Source of the DNA: Owenia fusiformis
Lineage: Eukaryota
Reading direction: 5' to 3'
DNA: 64,000 nt
NCBI GenBank assembly: GCA_903813345.2
Contig: CAIIXF020000001.1
Location: 41,540,001-41,604,000, forward strand
Shown here: in pieces, positions 27,609-37,985 of the stretch
Layout of the letters: each line of letters starts with the position of its first letter
Numbering within the stretch: the stretch's first letter is position 1
The notes under the pieces: model-generated
What the model was told of the DNA's origin: nothing
The model's input: the letters and a program-made list of their open reading frames with translations, nothing else
Database searches by the model: none
Program-made: the position numbers and the translations under genes

Positions 27609-27886
27609 CTAATATATGGAAAAGTATATTCATAATGTACATGAATGACGTTTGTATATTTCAGATTTTTTAGTTTTTTGTGCAATAAGCCTGTGCCGTC
27701 TTGTAATTTGAAGAATTTCAGCCATGTTAATCTTATTGAAAATAACATGGCAGAGAAACATCCAAATATAAGAGGCCACACACTTTATAAGCCAAACTAG
27801 AAGCAATCCAAGATATACAAATGTCATTCATGTACATTATGAATATACTTCTCCATATATTATTGCACAATGGCCTCCCAATTTCT
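25873..27886. mobile_element. Foldback MITE (~300 bp) whose left arm is split by a LINE
   Basis: agaaattgggagaccattgtgcaata (25873) plus atatatggaaaagtatattcataatgtacatgaatgac (27612) are the reverse complement of the right arm at ~27813-27886. Confidence 0.8.
25903..27609 (+). mobile_element. 5'-truncated non-LTR retrotransposon (RT and C-terminal zinc knuckle) with one frameshift near 26050
   Basis: YVDFSKAFDSI, GTRQGCMLSP, LLYADD, YKYLG, C..C...EDEFHF..C; (AAACT)n tail; TAATAT repeated at 25897-25902 and 27610-27615 as probable TSD. Confidence 0.92.
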
Positions 27887-28171
27887 TATATTTGCCGTTC
27901 TACTGACGAAATGAAGCAGTGAAATGGACTCTAATAGAAGACTTGTCTTTAACTGAACACAGCTGGCTCAATAGTCCAACAACATTAGACCTAGCCTAGG
28001 CCTCGTTTCTTATCTGACATGTCTTATGGCCCCGGCTAGGTCTAACCTCCATGATCATTTTGTCCTTGATGCGTTAATTTAATCGTTCCGCAGGTTTCGA
28101 CAAGCGGAACTAATTAAACCCTGAAACCATGGTAATATTACACAAAGAATGTGATTTAAGCATGCATACAT

Positions 28172-28579
28172 ACCTTATGAATACATACACACCATCCCGT
28201 ATCTCCCTTGGACCCTATTGATGCATAATTACGAAAATATTGGAGACCGATTTGGAATACAGCGAAAATGTTGGTCAGTTTCGGTAACATCGAAATTGCA
28301 AATCGTATCAGAAATTAACCGTCATTGCGGCACTGCATTTACAAACAGTAGGTTTGCAATTAATAACTATTTCTAGTGTATACACACGCTATATAAATCA
28401 ATCAAAGATACCTGTTATCTTCAAAATTTATCTTTTAATGCGAGTAATCGCGATAATAATTATCAATCTATTTGACAACAATTTCGTTTCGCTAGTAGTT
28501 TAATTTTACGATCCGGGACACTCGGACGAACAGACACAATGACAGACATGCGGAAATGTCATTTTAGAGATCGGTAAGT
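28172..28579. promoter_or_regulatory. Probable bidirectional promoter and non-coding first exons of STRAD (-) and geminin (+)
   Basis: CpG-richer unique stretch bounded by outward-facing donors: minus-strand AAG|GTATGT near 28173 and plus-strand CG|GTAAGT at 28574. Confidence 0.5.
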
Positions 28580-28763
28580 GTAGCCTCAATTTACGAGTAT
28601 AAATGAACATTTGACACAATAATATTGTGTTAAATCGCTTGATGTTATGTGTTTTTATATTATTATATTATTGTCTAGTATCAATTGCATGTTATCGCGG
28701 CAAAATGGTTTCGATGGATCCAGAACTTGCATCAAAGGAAAGAATAGTAAAGAGGTTAAACTC

Positions 28764-28867
28764 AATAACGGCCCCAAGAAAATTCCTAATAGTAAAGAAC
28801 GCCGTTATTGAGTTTAAAGACATTGAATAACGGCCCCAAGAAAATTCCTAATAGTAAAGAACGCCGT
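28764..28867. repeat. Direct duplication of ~42 bp
   Basis: aataacggccccaagaaaattcctaatagtaaagaacgccgt occurs twice about 62 bp apart. Confidence 0.85.
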
Positions 28868-28974
28868 CGGCTTGGTAGAGTAACTTGTCTTATAGATCAA
28901 TGGATGGTGTTCAGTATGGTGAGATTTCTCAAAGATGACCAGGACAGGACTCATTTACCATTTAAATGGATCTC

Positions 28975-29564
28975 TGTTTGTTGTTTGTTTGTATCCTTTA
29001 ATGCGCCATAATGCCGCTAAATGGTCTCGTGTTGCTTGTTTTTCACTTGTGCTTACACTTGTGCTTCTCACTTGTGCTTATATTTTCATAAAGTCCAAAA
29101 TCACTTATACTATTATATACAGTTTTATAATGTGCTCATTAGAATCTTCTGGGCTGCCTTATGTAGCTACAAAATGCATTATATAATTTCCTGTTTGACG
29201 ATTCCGACAGGTTAGTGTTTAGTCCACACAGGGTGTGTAGATCAAGGGGAGGGTTTGTGTTTTCCCCGAGGAGTATCCTATCTACTTTCGAGTAGAGCTC
29301 TAGCCTTTCAGTTTCGAAGAGTTTACAAGAACTTATGTAGTGGTCCACAGTTTCTGGTTTATTACAGAGCTCACAGAGGTTTGTTGTACTTGGGTTTATT
29401 TTGGCTTGGTGGCTATTGAGTTGGGTATGACCACTTATGAGTTGGTTGATGATGCAGGAGATTATGCGGTTGGGAGATACAATTTTGGTTTTTGAGCCAA
29501 CCTTTGTTATAACCTGTGAAATGGCCCGAACTTTTTTATTTTTAGAGTTAGAATACTCTCTCAA
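28975..29564 (-). mobile_element. 3' fragment of a LINE (I/Nimb-like C-terminus) with (CAAA)n tail
   Basis: ORF 29564-29139 has GHTQLN..CELCNKPETVDHYISSC zinc knuckle; downstream ggcgcattaaaggatacaaacaaacaacaaac. Confidence 0.75.
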
Positions 29565-29833
29565 TGTTCACTGTTGTTTTATGAGTATTCTCTACACGTT
29601 TTGGTTGAGTAACTTCAATAGTATTACCACAGTTTTGAAATGATGATGTTGAACTTCCAGGATTTAAAATTTTACTTTGCGCATGCACGGTACTGAGAGA
29701 GCACGTGCTCATGATTGTTCATGTGCTCATGATTGTTCATGTGCTCATGATTGTTCATGTGATTACCTCCTGCAATTTGATTGGACATTGAATTATGGGG
29801 AATCACCGACTACGATAGAATATGAAGGAATTA

Positions 29834-30350
29834 ACCTTTTGCGATCAGAATTCTGAATTTTGTTTATGGATACTGTTGTCATGTATTTCGTCTTATTGGT
29901 GTGACGTCATATAGAAATTATATTAGACATGATGGAATCACGAAATGGTTGACACGTGGCAGTTTTGAGCTAAAATATTGTCGTTTCTTTTATGAAAACC
30001 ATGGGTCGGATATTTACCAGGTATGCCGATTTGACTAGATCAAGAGTTTATCTTTATATGTGTGAAGTTTCGGTGAAATTCATACTAAACATCGATGCCT
30101 ATAAGCACCCCCCATTTTTATCAAAATCGGGGGGCGCTTAACCGCTATCTAAATCATGTCAGTAGGATCTTAGACTTGACATGTGCTGAGAATGAATGTT
30201 GATCTAGTCAAATCGGACACTTTTGTGAAAAATAAATCCATAAAGCACGAAAAATAGAAGATAATCTGTAAAAATCAAACATCTAAAGCTGAGTGGCCTA
30301 ATTGTGACGTCACTACAAGATAGAATCTATCCAGTGATCGCAAATCATCA
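29834..30350. mobile_element. Palindromic MITE inserted into the repeat family seen intact at 12555-12780
   Basis: Ends tttgcgatca / tgatcgcaaa, internal inverted pair gatttgactagatcaa / ttgatctagtcaaatc; the flanks rejoin to the uninterrupted copy. Confidence 0.65.
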
Positions 30351-31186
30351 ATTATGGGAGCTCCTCACTTCTTCTGGTGAGAGTACAAAGAGATAAGCAA
30401 GTACATGGTGATGAACTGCTGAGGTTCGATCTAGACTATGTCCTCTAGGATAGTCTGAAATTTTTTGAAATTAGGAATGAAAATATTCACACTAGAGCCC
30501 ACGTATGTTAAAATCTTGGATTGAAAATATATGTTTACATAGGAAGTGCCATACAAAATGACTGATGGAGTAAATTAATTTGCATGTTTGTTACTTCCCC
30601 CAGCTTTATTTCCATTTGACAATATGCTGTGGTACTTTTTATAGCATTTAATTGTACCTTACTTCTTAATTGAATTGTTATTATGTTTCTTTGGTAAGTG
30701 AAGCTTCCTAAAATTGAAAATTTATTGTTTTTTCCCACAGGAGGGACATGATGATCAATAGACTGAATTCTCAAGATATTCAGTCTATTGGATATAGACT
30801 AGGTTATATCTAAAGTGGCATTATAGCACAACAATTTTTTCGAAAATAACGGAGAAGCATCAAAATATAAGAGGCCATACATTTTAATAGCCACAAGCAA
30901 TTACATACAATCCAACCTATTCCATGACATATGCTTACTCCCCTTATTTGGAGTAATTGGCAAGTCTAAAAAACACCCCTTTATAAAAAAGTGGACTGGC
31001 CCAAGTGGCCAATATCGATCCCCAACTCATTATGTATTCATATTTAATTCTTGCCACGTAGGAGTAATTGGAATTTTTCAAGTCAATATATATCGTACGA
31101 TCTATTCACTCAACAAATTTCTGTTACTTATAAGTCAGAATTTGTTTTTTGAATAGAGAGTATCATAGTCATAACTTTAGTCTAGT

Positions 31187-32851
31187 ATGGCAGAACAGGG
31201 CTCTATTCAGGGTGAAGTTACTTCTGAATTGAACTTGAACGGTCCCTCGACCTCGTCAACTTTGACCGGGAATGAAGTGATAAACGACGTCTCTTTGGCT
31301 ACCACATCCGTCACAGATTATGTCCAATCCTTAGTGGAAGAGGCGGTGACTAGGAAAATGGCCACCCTTGGAAACAGGCCACCAACGAGACCTCCTTCTG
31401 ACCGTAGAAGCCCGTCTTCAAGCTATTTACACAACTCGGAATACTCGCTTCCGAGAGAGCAGTCCCCCCGGAGCAGTAAGAAGGCCGTAGAGACGGGAAA
31501 ACGAGGTAACGATTCGCACCGAAATGACACCAAATTTCGTGACTACAACTATTCCGCCACACACCACGTGGACGTAAGTAGGTCAACTTTTCGAAATCGT
31601 TCAAGATCTCCCGTTTCTCAGCTTAGAAGCCCTTCTAGATTGTCTCACCACTCCTACTCTCACACTAATAGACCCTCTGATAGTTCGCCGAGTAGGATTT
31701 CCGGGACTTCACGTCAGGGAACTCAGAATTCACGATCCATTATCAACAATTTTAGTTCCAAAATTTCACAATCTCAAAATTCAGATTCTAAACCTCGTAT
31801 TTTGGATTCTGATGACAACGAGCCGTCTAAATCTAAGTCCTCTGAAGAAGAAACGGTCTTGTTAGTTCGTTCCTTATGGGATTCAACCATATCAGCCTTA
31901 GAAATTGACCAAGTCAACAGCTCCACTAATTCTAAAGAATCTTTGACTAGGGTAGCTCTCCAGAAAGTTGATGAATCTTCAGTCACTAAAGCTTCATTAC
32001 CTTGTCCCCCAGTGTTCCATCAGTTGGTGCAGAATATCAATAATCAGATCTCATCTGCCACTTCCGGTTTCAACACAAAGGGAAAACTCTTCAGAATCAA
32101 ATCTTCAAATTATAGATTAGCCAAGGGAGATGATTCAGTCGTACGGCCCCTCAAACTCAATAATTCACTTGGAAACTTAGTCCCAAATGATAAAACCTTC
32201 AGTGATTTCTTCAAGAATGCTGATACTAAAACTCAACTCTCCAATAAAAACTGGAAGGGTCTCGAAGAGAACTTGAGGGCTGTCCTTCAACCTTTGGTGT
32301 ACTCAGAGTGGTATATAGGTTCTGTTTCAAAGTTAGTTACCCAACTCACAGCACACTTATCCAACAACACGGATCCACTAGTTACCCAGTTGTTAGATTC
32401 CATGGGCGATTTACTCCTTAGGGGTTCGACAGCCTCTGTTACTGCTACTGAAGGTATTCTCAAGACTCTCACCAACTCAGCATTACTTCAACGTGATCTG
32501 ATTCAAGAACAAGTACCAACACGCTTCCGCGAATCTATGAGGGTACTACCAGTTGAGCATACATCTACCACTTTGTATCCAGAGTCACAACTTAAAGATT
32601 TGGTTGACTCAGCCTCCTCAAATCTGACAAACCAAGCACTAGTTACCTTGGCCCAGTCCAGTTCTAGATCTAGTAAAGACAAAGACAGGTCCCAACGCCA
32701 ATCCAGGTCTGACTACAGGAAGAAATCTTCTAACAAAGATTGGTCCAAATCACAAGACAAACCCAAGTCAGATTTTCGTGATTCCAAGAAGAAATACGAC
32801 AATAAAGGTGGTAAGCACTTCAACAAAGACAACAGATTCTCCAAGAAGTGA
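31187..32851 (+). CDS. DIRS gag-like ORF1, 554 aa
   Basis: First long ORF after the left ITR; Ser/Arg-rich N-terminus, helical core with LLQRD, basic C-terminus overlapping ORF2. Confidence 0.8.
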   Translation: MAEQGSIQGEVTSELNLNGPSTSSTLTGNEVINDVSLATTSVTDYVQSLVEEAVTRKMATLGNRPPTRPPSDRRSPSSSYLHNSEYSLPREQSPRSSKKAVETGKRGNDSHRNDTKFRDYNYSATHHVDVSRSTFRNRSRSPVSQLRSPSRLSHHSYSHTNRPSDSSPSRISGTSRQGTQNSRSIINNFSSKISQSQNSDSKPRILDSDDNEPSKSKSSEEETVLLVRSLWDSTISALEIDQVNSSTNSKESLTRVALQKVDESSVTKASLPCPPVFHQLVQNINNQISSATSGFNTKGKLFRIKSSNYRLAKGDDSVVRPLKLNNSLGNLVPNDKTFSDFFKNADTKTQLSNKNWKGLEENLRAVLQPLVYSEWYIGSVSKLVTQLTAHLSNNTDPLVTQLLDSMGDLLLRGSTASVTATEGILKTLTNSALLQRDLIQEQVPTRFRESMRVLPVEHTSTTLYPESQLKDLVDSASSNLTNQALVTLAQSSSRSSKDKDRSQRQSRSDYRKKSSNKDWSKSQDKPKSDFRDSKKKYDNKGGKHFNKDNRFSKK

Positions 32852-32858
32852 CCATTCT

Positions 32859-34943
32859 ATGATCCCAATCTTCACAATTCCTCCATTTCCAGGACCTGTA
32901 GGGGGAAGATTGATGTTTTTCCTTCCGAATTGGAAGCTGTTAACGGAAGATCCGTTTATACTGAAGATGATCCAGGTAGGATACATCCCACAGATGAATT
33001 CAACTGTGACGTTATGCACCGAACCAAACCAGTTCGAGTCTTCAACATCGAGCAAAGCAGCTCGTTTCAGCAGAGTGGTAGAGGACCTTCTGCAAAAGAA
33101 TGCTGTAGAAGAAGTTCTAAACAGACATTCCCCAGGGTTTTACAGCAATCTATTCTTGGTCAAGAAGAAGAATGGAGAAGACAGACCCGTCATCAATTTG
33201 AGAACTTTAAATCAAGTCTTAATAGTTCCCAAATTCAAAATGGAAACAGTACAGCAGTACATGACCTCCTTCCAACAAGGCGAATGGGCAGTATCCTTGG
33301 ACCTTCGGGATGCTTATCTTCATATAATGATGAAAGAGAACTTCCGGAAGTATCTCCGTTTTGTCGTCAACGGAAAAATTCTGCAATTTCGAGTCCTGCC
33401 TTTCGGTCTGGCAACAGCACCGATGATATTCACCAAGATCCTGGAACCCCTAGCCTCGTTCTTCCACAAGCGCGGGATAAAACTCCACCGGTATTTAGAC
33501 GATTGGTTAATCCGAGGAGCATCGCCACAGGAAGTCTCAGATCACCTATGGATTGTGATGACGGTGACGGAAAACCTTGGCTTCATCATCAATCACAAGA
33601 ATTCGCAGTTGATTCCGTTGCAGATCTTCGACTATGTAGGTGTACGGTGGGACCTTCATCTAGGGATGTCCTATCCCCCCAGGACAGAATAGACAAAATT
33701 CTACACCTAACAGACTGGTTCCTCACAGAAAGTCGAGCAACAGCCAAGCAGTGGATGTCTCTTCTGGGATTACTGGCATCAGCAGAGAAACAAATCCCAC
33801 TGGGGAGATTACACATGAGGTTCCTCCAACAATGCCTGTCTCAGAATTGGTCTCAACTCAGAGATCCATTGGACAAGATGATAACAGTAGATTGTACTGC
33901 AAGATTGGACCTGTTGTGGTGGAATCAAGGCCAGCATCTGGAGAAAGGGATGACTTTAGCTCCATTTTCACCAGAAGTGACAATATTCACAGATGCTTCA
34001 ACAGCGATGTGGGGTGCTCACATGGATCGGAACATATCGAAAGAGTGCTGTGGAAACTGGTCCCAATCAGAATCCAACAACCACATAAACTGGCTGGAAC
34101 TAAAAGCCATTCAGAAAGCCCTTCAACACTTTCAGACTCACCTCCAAGGAAAGATGGTGTTAATTTGTGCAGACAACACAACTGCGACAACCTACCTCAA
34201 CAAACAAGGGGGAACACAGTCAGCAAAACTGACAGAGTTATCTCGACAGATATGGTTATGGGCCGATTTACATCAAGTCGCTTCGCGCAAGACATGTGCC
34301 AGGTCGACTGAATCGAAGAGCAGATCTGTTGAGCCGGGGAAACCAGATAGTGGCGACAGAATGGTCCTTACATCCAGCAGTTGTCAAACAGATGTTCAAG
34401 ATATGGGGAACTCCAAATCTAGACATGATGGCGACATGCTACAACAACCAACTACCAGTGTATGTCTCACCAATACAAGATCAAGCAGCTTGGGCAACAG
34501 ACGCTCTATCCCTAAGCTGGCAAAATCTTCATCTGTACATCTATCCCCCCACACCAGTGATAGGATTAGTTCTACAAAAGATAAAGGATCACGACTGTTT
34601 AGCTCTAGCAATCCTTCCAAAATGGCAGAATCAGCCGTGGTTCCCAGAACTATTGGATCTTCTAGTGGACTATCCAAGGGAAATCCCCCCATGGGAGAAA
34701 CTTCTCAAAATGCCAAGAAGTCAGATCTTCCATCAAAATCCAGAACTTTTCCATCTTCACGCTTGCAAACTCTCACGAAATCTCTCACTCAGAAGGGTTT
34801 TTCAACACAAGTGTCAAAAAGAATCGCATCAGATGCTAGAAGACCTTCCACCAACAGAGTCTATGATGCCAAATGGAAGAAGTTCTCTATTTGGTGTTCT
34901 GAGAGGAATCTGGATCCCTGCACAGTCTCTGTTCCAGAAATAG
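32859..34943 (+). pseudogene. DIRS ORF2 RT-RNase H-methyltransferase-like, broken by frameshifts at ~33680 and ~34280
   Basis: VGGRL, RPVINLR, LDLRDAYLH, LPFGLATAP, YLDD; then FTDAS..WGAH, HINWLEL, DNTTA in another frame; then LRARHVPGRLN..ADLLSR, LDMMAT, YIYPP back in the first frame. Confidence 0.9.
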
Positions 34944-35839
34944 CTGACTTCTTACTTTATCTTCATTCAGTAAAGAAGTTAACAGTGAGTACCATTGAAG
35001 GTTATAGAACTGTCATCAATCAAGTCCTTCAACAATCAAGTGGCACATCACTCTCGTCGACTCAAGAAATCTCTGATCTGATCCATTCTTTCAAATTAGA
35101 AGATGCTCAGCCTAAAGATCTGATGCCTAAGTGGGATCTAGTGTTTGTACTACACGAGTTAACCAAACCTCCCTTCGAACCAATGTCGACAGCTGATCTC
35201 AAACACGTATCGTGGAAGACACTTTTCCTTCTACTGTTAGCTTCAGGGAAAAGATGTTCTGACATCCATGCCATAGACATTAGGCGTATACAATGGACTA
35301 GAAACAACTTGGAAGCGGTACTTTTCCCTTTTGTTGGTTTCCTGCCGAAATCATTGAATTGCGCAGAAGGACAGTCCAGATTCCAACCAATCACCATCAA
35401 GGCTCTAGCTAATTTCGTTGGAAATGAAACGCCAGATAAATTCTTATGTCCTGTGAGGGCCCTAAGATATTATCTTCAAGCCACAGTTCCTATCAGAGGA
35501 TCCAGAAATAGACTTTTCATCCCCTTCAAGAAAGGATGCAGTTCTGATGTACACCCTAACACTCTCTCTAGTTGGGTGAAACAACTGTTGAACTATGTCT
35601 ACAAGAATGCCTCAGAAGAAAGCAAGTTACAAGGGAAGATACGACCACACGAGACAAGAGCCATATCTTCCTCACTAGCTCTACAAGCCAATGCCTCATT
35701 AACAGCACTCTTCAAGACCTGTTCATGGGCATCCCACAACACCTTCACAAGTTACTACCTCAGAGATGTGACAGTAATGGAGAAAGGCATGCACAAGCTG
35801 GGCCCGGTGGTACTAGCTGGCACTCTCTGCAACTTTTAG
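32930..35839 (+). CDS. DIRS ORF3 tyrosine recombinase (as read, a chimera carrying the RNase H segment)
   Basis: YR signatures ASGKRCSDI, LCPVRAL, HETRAIS, W...TF..YY in the C-terminal part. Confidence 0.9.
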   Translation: MEAVNGRSVYTEDDPGRIHPTDEFNCDVMHRTKPVRVFNIEQSSSFQQSGRGPSAKECCRRSSKQTFPRVLQQSILGQEEEWRRQTRHQFENFKSSLNSSQIQNGNSTAVHDLLPTRRMGSILGPSGCLSSYNDERELPEVSPFCRQRKNSAISSPAFRSGNSTDDIHQDPGTPSLVLPQARDKTPPVFRRLVNPRSIATGSLRSPMDCDDGDGKPWLHHQSQEFAVDSVADLRLCRCTVGPSSRDVLSPQDRIDKILHLTDWFLTESRATAKQWMSLLGLLASAEKQIPLGRLHMRFLQQCLSQNWSQLRDPLDKMITVDCTARLDLLWWNQGQHLEKGMTLAPFSPEVTIFTDASTAMWGAHMDRNISKECCGNWSQSESNNHINWLELKAIQKALQHFQTHLQGKMVLICADNTTATTYLNKQGGTQSAKLTELSRQIWLWADLHQVASRKTCARSTESKSRSVEPGKPDSGDRMVLTSSSCQTDVQDMGNSKSRHDGDMLQQPTTSVCLTNTRSSSLGNRRSIPKLAKSSSVHLSPHTSDRISSTKDKGSRLFSSSNPSKMAESAVVPRTIGSSSGLSKGNPPMGETSQNAKKSDLPSKSRTFPSSRLQTLTKSLTQKGFSTQVSKRIASDARRPSTNRVYDAKWKKFSIWCSERNLDPCTVSVPEIADFLLYLHSVKKLTVSTIEGYRTVINQVLQQSSGTSLSSTQEISDLIHSFKLEDAQPKDLMPKWDLVFVLHELTKPPFEPMSTADLKHVSWKTLFLLLLASGKRCSDIHAIDIRRIQWTRNNLEAVLFPFVGFLPKSLNCAEGQSRFQPITIKALANFVGNETPDKFLCPVRALRYYLQATVPIRGSRNRLFIPFKKGCSSDVHPNTLSSWVKQLLNYVYKNASEESKLQGKIRPHETRAISSSLALQANASLTALFKTCSWASHNTFTSYYLRDVTVMEKGMHKLGPVVLAGTLCNF

Positions 35840-36710
35840 ACGTAAGTGTTTCTTCACTCACTCTATATCTGCAGATGGATTCACGTGGGAAGCTTGGCCT
35901 CGACTGTTTTGCAGAAGGGTTAAACTCAACTAGCTTGTGACCTGGACCCTTGAAGAACTGCAACGGTTACCTCGTTTGGTTTAAACGGCCCTTTCTTGGT
36001 TAACCAGTCTCTATTCATAGGAGTTGGTCATTACCCTTAAATGGCTAAGACTGCTCACTCTGATAGGACATAACAGTCTCCAGTTGGACATGTAACAGCC
36101 TCCGTCTTGGATCCAACTAGCAGATGGGGGTAATGGTACATGTACTATTCTTTGGGTGACATCTCATTAGGATGGTAATATAGTTCTTTTGTACTTTTAG
36201 TAACGAGGTCCCCACCTCCTTAACTTTTTATTCAGCATATGTCATGGAATAGGTTGGATTGTATGTAATTGAGAAATTTTACCAGTAAATTTTCTATTAA
36301 TTACAATACAAACCTATTCCATGACCAGAGGCCCACCCAGCCTCCCCGCCTTTGGGAAAATGGAGGTTATTTTTTTGTTAGCGTATTAAATATGAATACA
36401 TAATGAGTTGGGGATCGATATTGGCCACTTGGGCCAGTCCACTTTTTTATAAAGGGGTGTTTTTTAGACTTGCCAATTACTCCAAATAAGGGGAGTAAGC
36501 ATATGTCATGGAATAGGTTTGTATTGTAATTAATAGAAAATTTACTGGTAAAATTTCTCAATTTAGGATATACAAACATTAATCGTGTATAATATGAATA
36601 TATTTTTCCATCTATCATTGTACGGGGCTCCAACCAAACACAAATACAACCGCAAGAGGTTTCTCTGTAGATTATTTAAGGCAATACCTGTGGAGTCCAT
36701 ACTATTATTA

Positions 36711-37922
36711 TTATCCCATCGAACGAAGTTCGGAGGGATATAGGGAACGCCTCCGTCCGTCCGTACGTACGTCCGTCCGTCGGTCCGTCGTACGTCCGTC
36801 CGTCCGTCCGTCCGGGCAATAACTCCAATACCGTTGGCCCAATTTTGTTCATATTTTGTACACATATACCCTATGGGGGTAGAAGTTCTGCTCGAAAGCC
36901 GATTTTCAAAATGGCCGCTCAATTCAAAATGGCGGCCATTTTAGTGCCGATTTTACAGTAATTTAGGTGCAATATGTAAAACTGTAATAGCAATATGTTT
37001 TAAATGTAAAAAAATTATGAAGGACATTAATAAAGCTACAAAGCTACATTAAAGAAGCACATGGCAGCCATCTTGAAAAATGGCGGCCTTTGCTCGTTAT
37101 TTTACGATTTTTGCTATAACTCGAAAAGTAGTGGAGCGATTTTGTTCATATTTGGTATGTGAATACTATAAGCTTGCACACTGTCTAAAGACATTTTTGG
37201 TAGAAGGCGGCCATTTTGAAAAATGGCCGCCATTTTAACATATTTTACTATAACTCGAAAAGTAGTGGAGCGATTTTGTTCATATTTGGTATGTGAATAC
37301 TATAAGCATGGCACACCGTCCTATGACACTTTTGGTAGAATATGGCTATTTTGAAAAAAAATTTGAAAAATGGCCACCATTTTAATGTATTTTACTAAAA
37401 CTCGAAAAGTAGTGAAGCGATTTTGTTCATATTTGGTATGTGAATACTATAAGCATGGCACACTGTCTAATGACACTTTTGGTAATGACACTTTGGGTAG
37501 TAGGTGGCCATTTTGAAAAATGGCCACCATTTTTACGTTTTTTACTATAACTTGAAAAGTAGTGAAGCGATTTTGTTCATATATGATATGTGAATACTCA
37601 TGAGCCTTGCACTCTGTCTCATGACACTTCAGATAGTAGGCGACCTTTGGGGAGTAGTCAGCCATTTAAAAAAATGGCCACCATTTTTATGTGTGTTATT
37701 TTACAAGTACATGTATGCGATTTTTCAAAAATTTTATAGGTGGCTACTTAAAAGCATATTATTTCTTCTGATGACAACTTGGCTAGTGAGCAACCATTTT
37801 GAAAATGGTGGCCTTTCTGGTGTGTTGTTTTATGATGTTTGCTATATATTTCGTTTGTAAAAATGCCAGCCATTTCTGTTCGATGGGATTCGCTACGCTT
37901 TGGCGTTGCCGTTGTTCTGGTT
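36711..37922 (+). mobile_element. Helentron-like element with ~4 internal 135-150-bp repeats
   Basis: 5' ATCCCATCGAAC with (GTCC)n; 3' GTTCGATGGGAT plus hairpin; repeated aactcgaaaagtagtggagcgattttgttcatatttggtatgtgaatac. Confidence 0.85.
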
Positions 37923-37985
37923 ACTATATATTATACAGCTGAGCAGAATGTTCAGTGACTGAAGAAGTATAGAAGTAAACTTATC

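Larger units (their letters stand above)
30899..36563 (+). mobile_element. Full-length DIRS1-type tyrosine-recombinase retrotransposon
   Basis: ~135-bp inverted terminal repeats (~30914-31048, ~36385-36519), right-end extension, internal complementary region 36235-36325, and gag, RT/RNH/MT and YR ORFs. Confidence 0.96.

Noticed and set aside
32930..35839. Novel natural RNase H-tyrosine recombinase fusion gene
   Set aside because: Explained by two compensating indels in overlapping DIRS frames.
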